A DNA stretch of 63,803 bases, the filler included, from Hyphochytrium catenoides (lineage: Eukaryota > Protista > Hyphochytriomycota): assembly GCA_900088475.1 (NCBI GenBank). It is 5 parts of 5 records of this genome, joined end to end, with 100 filler letters (N's around TTAATTAATTAA, not from the genome) between each part and the next. Parts side by side here need not be neighbours in the genome. Positions count along the whole stretch, not along the records: positions 62,381 to 63,803 come from FLMG01003355.1; 4 more parts are not named here. The stretch is one strand, 5' to 3'. The notes below the pieces were generated by a model, which made no database searches, had not been told where the DNA came from, and saw only the letters and a program-made list of their open reading frames with translations. Both the position numbers and the translations under genes were made by a program. Positions 63,571 to 63,803 of this stretch are shown piece by piece. Within the stretch, counting starts at the first letter, position 1. Each line of letters opens with the position of its first letter.

Positions 63571-63603
<33 letters not shown>

Positions 63604-63738
63604 TCTTGCATCACACCTTTCTCCCCCTCTCGCTCTCATCCTTCTTTCCCTCTCTGTCGCCTTTTCCCCCGGCCACCCTCGCTTCACTAAGCAGTCCCAG
63701 GCCTTACCCACGACCACGTCTTGGCCTTGAGTCGCCAT
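63134..63738 (-). CDS. UBE2V: Ubiquitin-conjugating enzyme E2 variant (UEV1/MMS2), first two exons; 3' part lost
   Basis: Exons 63738-63708 and 63273-63134 give [10 protein letters not shown]|[45 protein letters not shown]. Confidence 0.93.
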
Positions 63739-63803
63739 CCTGCCTGCTAACTCTCTCGTTGCTGTCTCCGTTTAACGCTCTTTCTTCTCAACTTCTGGGC
63801 CAA

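Larger units (their letters stand above)
820..63600. repeat. Pervasive (GA)n/(CT)n microsatellites in introns and intergenic DNA
   Basis: Dozens of tracts (e.g. 2380-2470, 28690-28835, 31310-31510, 51050-51440). Most small N gaps sit in or beside them. Confidence 0.98.

Noticed and set aside
670-63690. Numerous ORFs rich in SLSLSL or ERERER in the ORF track
   Set aside because: They are translations of (CT)n/(GA)n microsatellites in introns and intergenic DNA, not proteins.

Overview
Eukaryotic, intron-rich protist genomic DNA. A stramenopile affinity is inferred from the PX-like+RING-H2 and AP2 proteins. Introns and intergenic DNA are saturated with (GA)n/(CT)n microsatellites. The window is not contiguous: four artificial 100-bp spacers (N44-TTAATTAATTAA-N44) join five independent pieces (1-24646, 24747-52844, 52945-57035, 57136-62280, 62381-63803). 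Genes rebuilt by hand from splice sites: a ~24-exon Slo/BK-type K+ channel, an SSXT(SNH)-GRP/RGG-AP2 fusion protein, an ATF6-like membrane-tethered bZIP, a DUF4336 protein, U6 snRNA, DRG1 (partial), a PX-like/RING-H2 ligase, a PH-CaaX protein, CDK7, a CCR4/Angel-like EEP protein with an inserted FN3 domain and substituted catalytic residues, SAP30BP, MEMO1, a PDZ-multi-TM protein, EHD1 (partial) and UEV1/MMS2 (partial). Also present: a decayed CRE-type non-LTR retrotransposon, a frameshifted bacterial-looking tandem NTF2/SnoaL-like gene, and a two-copy SINE-like repeat. Best candidates for new biology: (i) the SSXT-AP2 fusion, a possible self-targeting SWI/SNF subunit; (ii) a recurrent 5'-(GA)n ... 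(CT)n-3' intron layout that could fold to bring splice sites together; (iii) an ATF6-type sensor with an RSLL S1P site in a protist; (iv) the FN3-interrupted pseudo-deadenylase. All family calls are motif recognition by eye; no searches were run.
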